A DNA stretch of 61,603 bases, filler included, from Candidatus Delongbacteria bacterium (GTDB lineage: Bacteria > UBA4055): assembly GCA_016937995.1 (NCBI GenBank). It is 6 parts of 6 records of this genome, joined end to end, with 100 filler letters (N's around TTAATTAATTAA, not from the genome) between each part and the next. Parts side by side here need not be neighbours in the genome. Positions count along the whole stretch, not along the records: positions 57,705 to 61,603 come from JAFGVM010000097.1; 5 more parts are not named here. One strand, 5' to 3'. The translations under genes and the position numbers were made by a program. How positions within the stretch are numbered: the first letter of the stretch is position 1; each line of letters opens with the position of its first letter. Shown here one piece after another: positions 61,603 to 61,603 of the stretch. The notes under the pieces are model-generated. The model searched no databases. It saw nothing but the letters and a program-made list of their open reading frames with translations, and was not told the DNA's origin.

Positions 61603-61603
61603 A

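Overview
AT-rich bacterial DNA, probably from the FCB group (Ca. Delongbacteria/Cloacimonadota-like), inferred from several C-terminal 'YPNPFN' T9SS-type sorting domains. The window is six contigs joined by artificial N-TTAATTAATTAA-N linkers, so adjacency across gaps is not reliable. Contig 1 (1-12901): an IS256-family end truncating a secreted metalloprotease, a GLUG/T9SS protein, an AbiF/AbiD HEPN gene with a leader hairpin RNA inside an attC-flanked integron-like cassette, and pyrG-folC-rho-YfhO. Contig 2 (13002-26311): a radical SAM/NarL regulator/OmpA/CsbD/two ice-binding (DUF3494) gene cluster with an identical 63-bp upstream element present twice, then cvfB, an FAD oxidoreductase, galE, YkgJ, an amidohydrolase and queF, with many REP-like elements. 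Contig 3 (26412-41056): five tandem fibre-like paralogues (signal peptides in the four complete ones) with a constant N-terminus and swapped C-terminal modules, a GLUG protein and an M16 peptidase. Contig 4 (41157-51496): an uncharacterised four-gene membrane operon, dapF, iorAB, a HEPN/MNT pair and a diversity-generating retroelement (TR-avd-RT) whose target is not in the window. Contig 5 (51597-57604): an McrBC island. Contig 6 (57705-61603): a C13-like secreted protease and the end of another T9SS-type protein.
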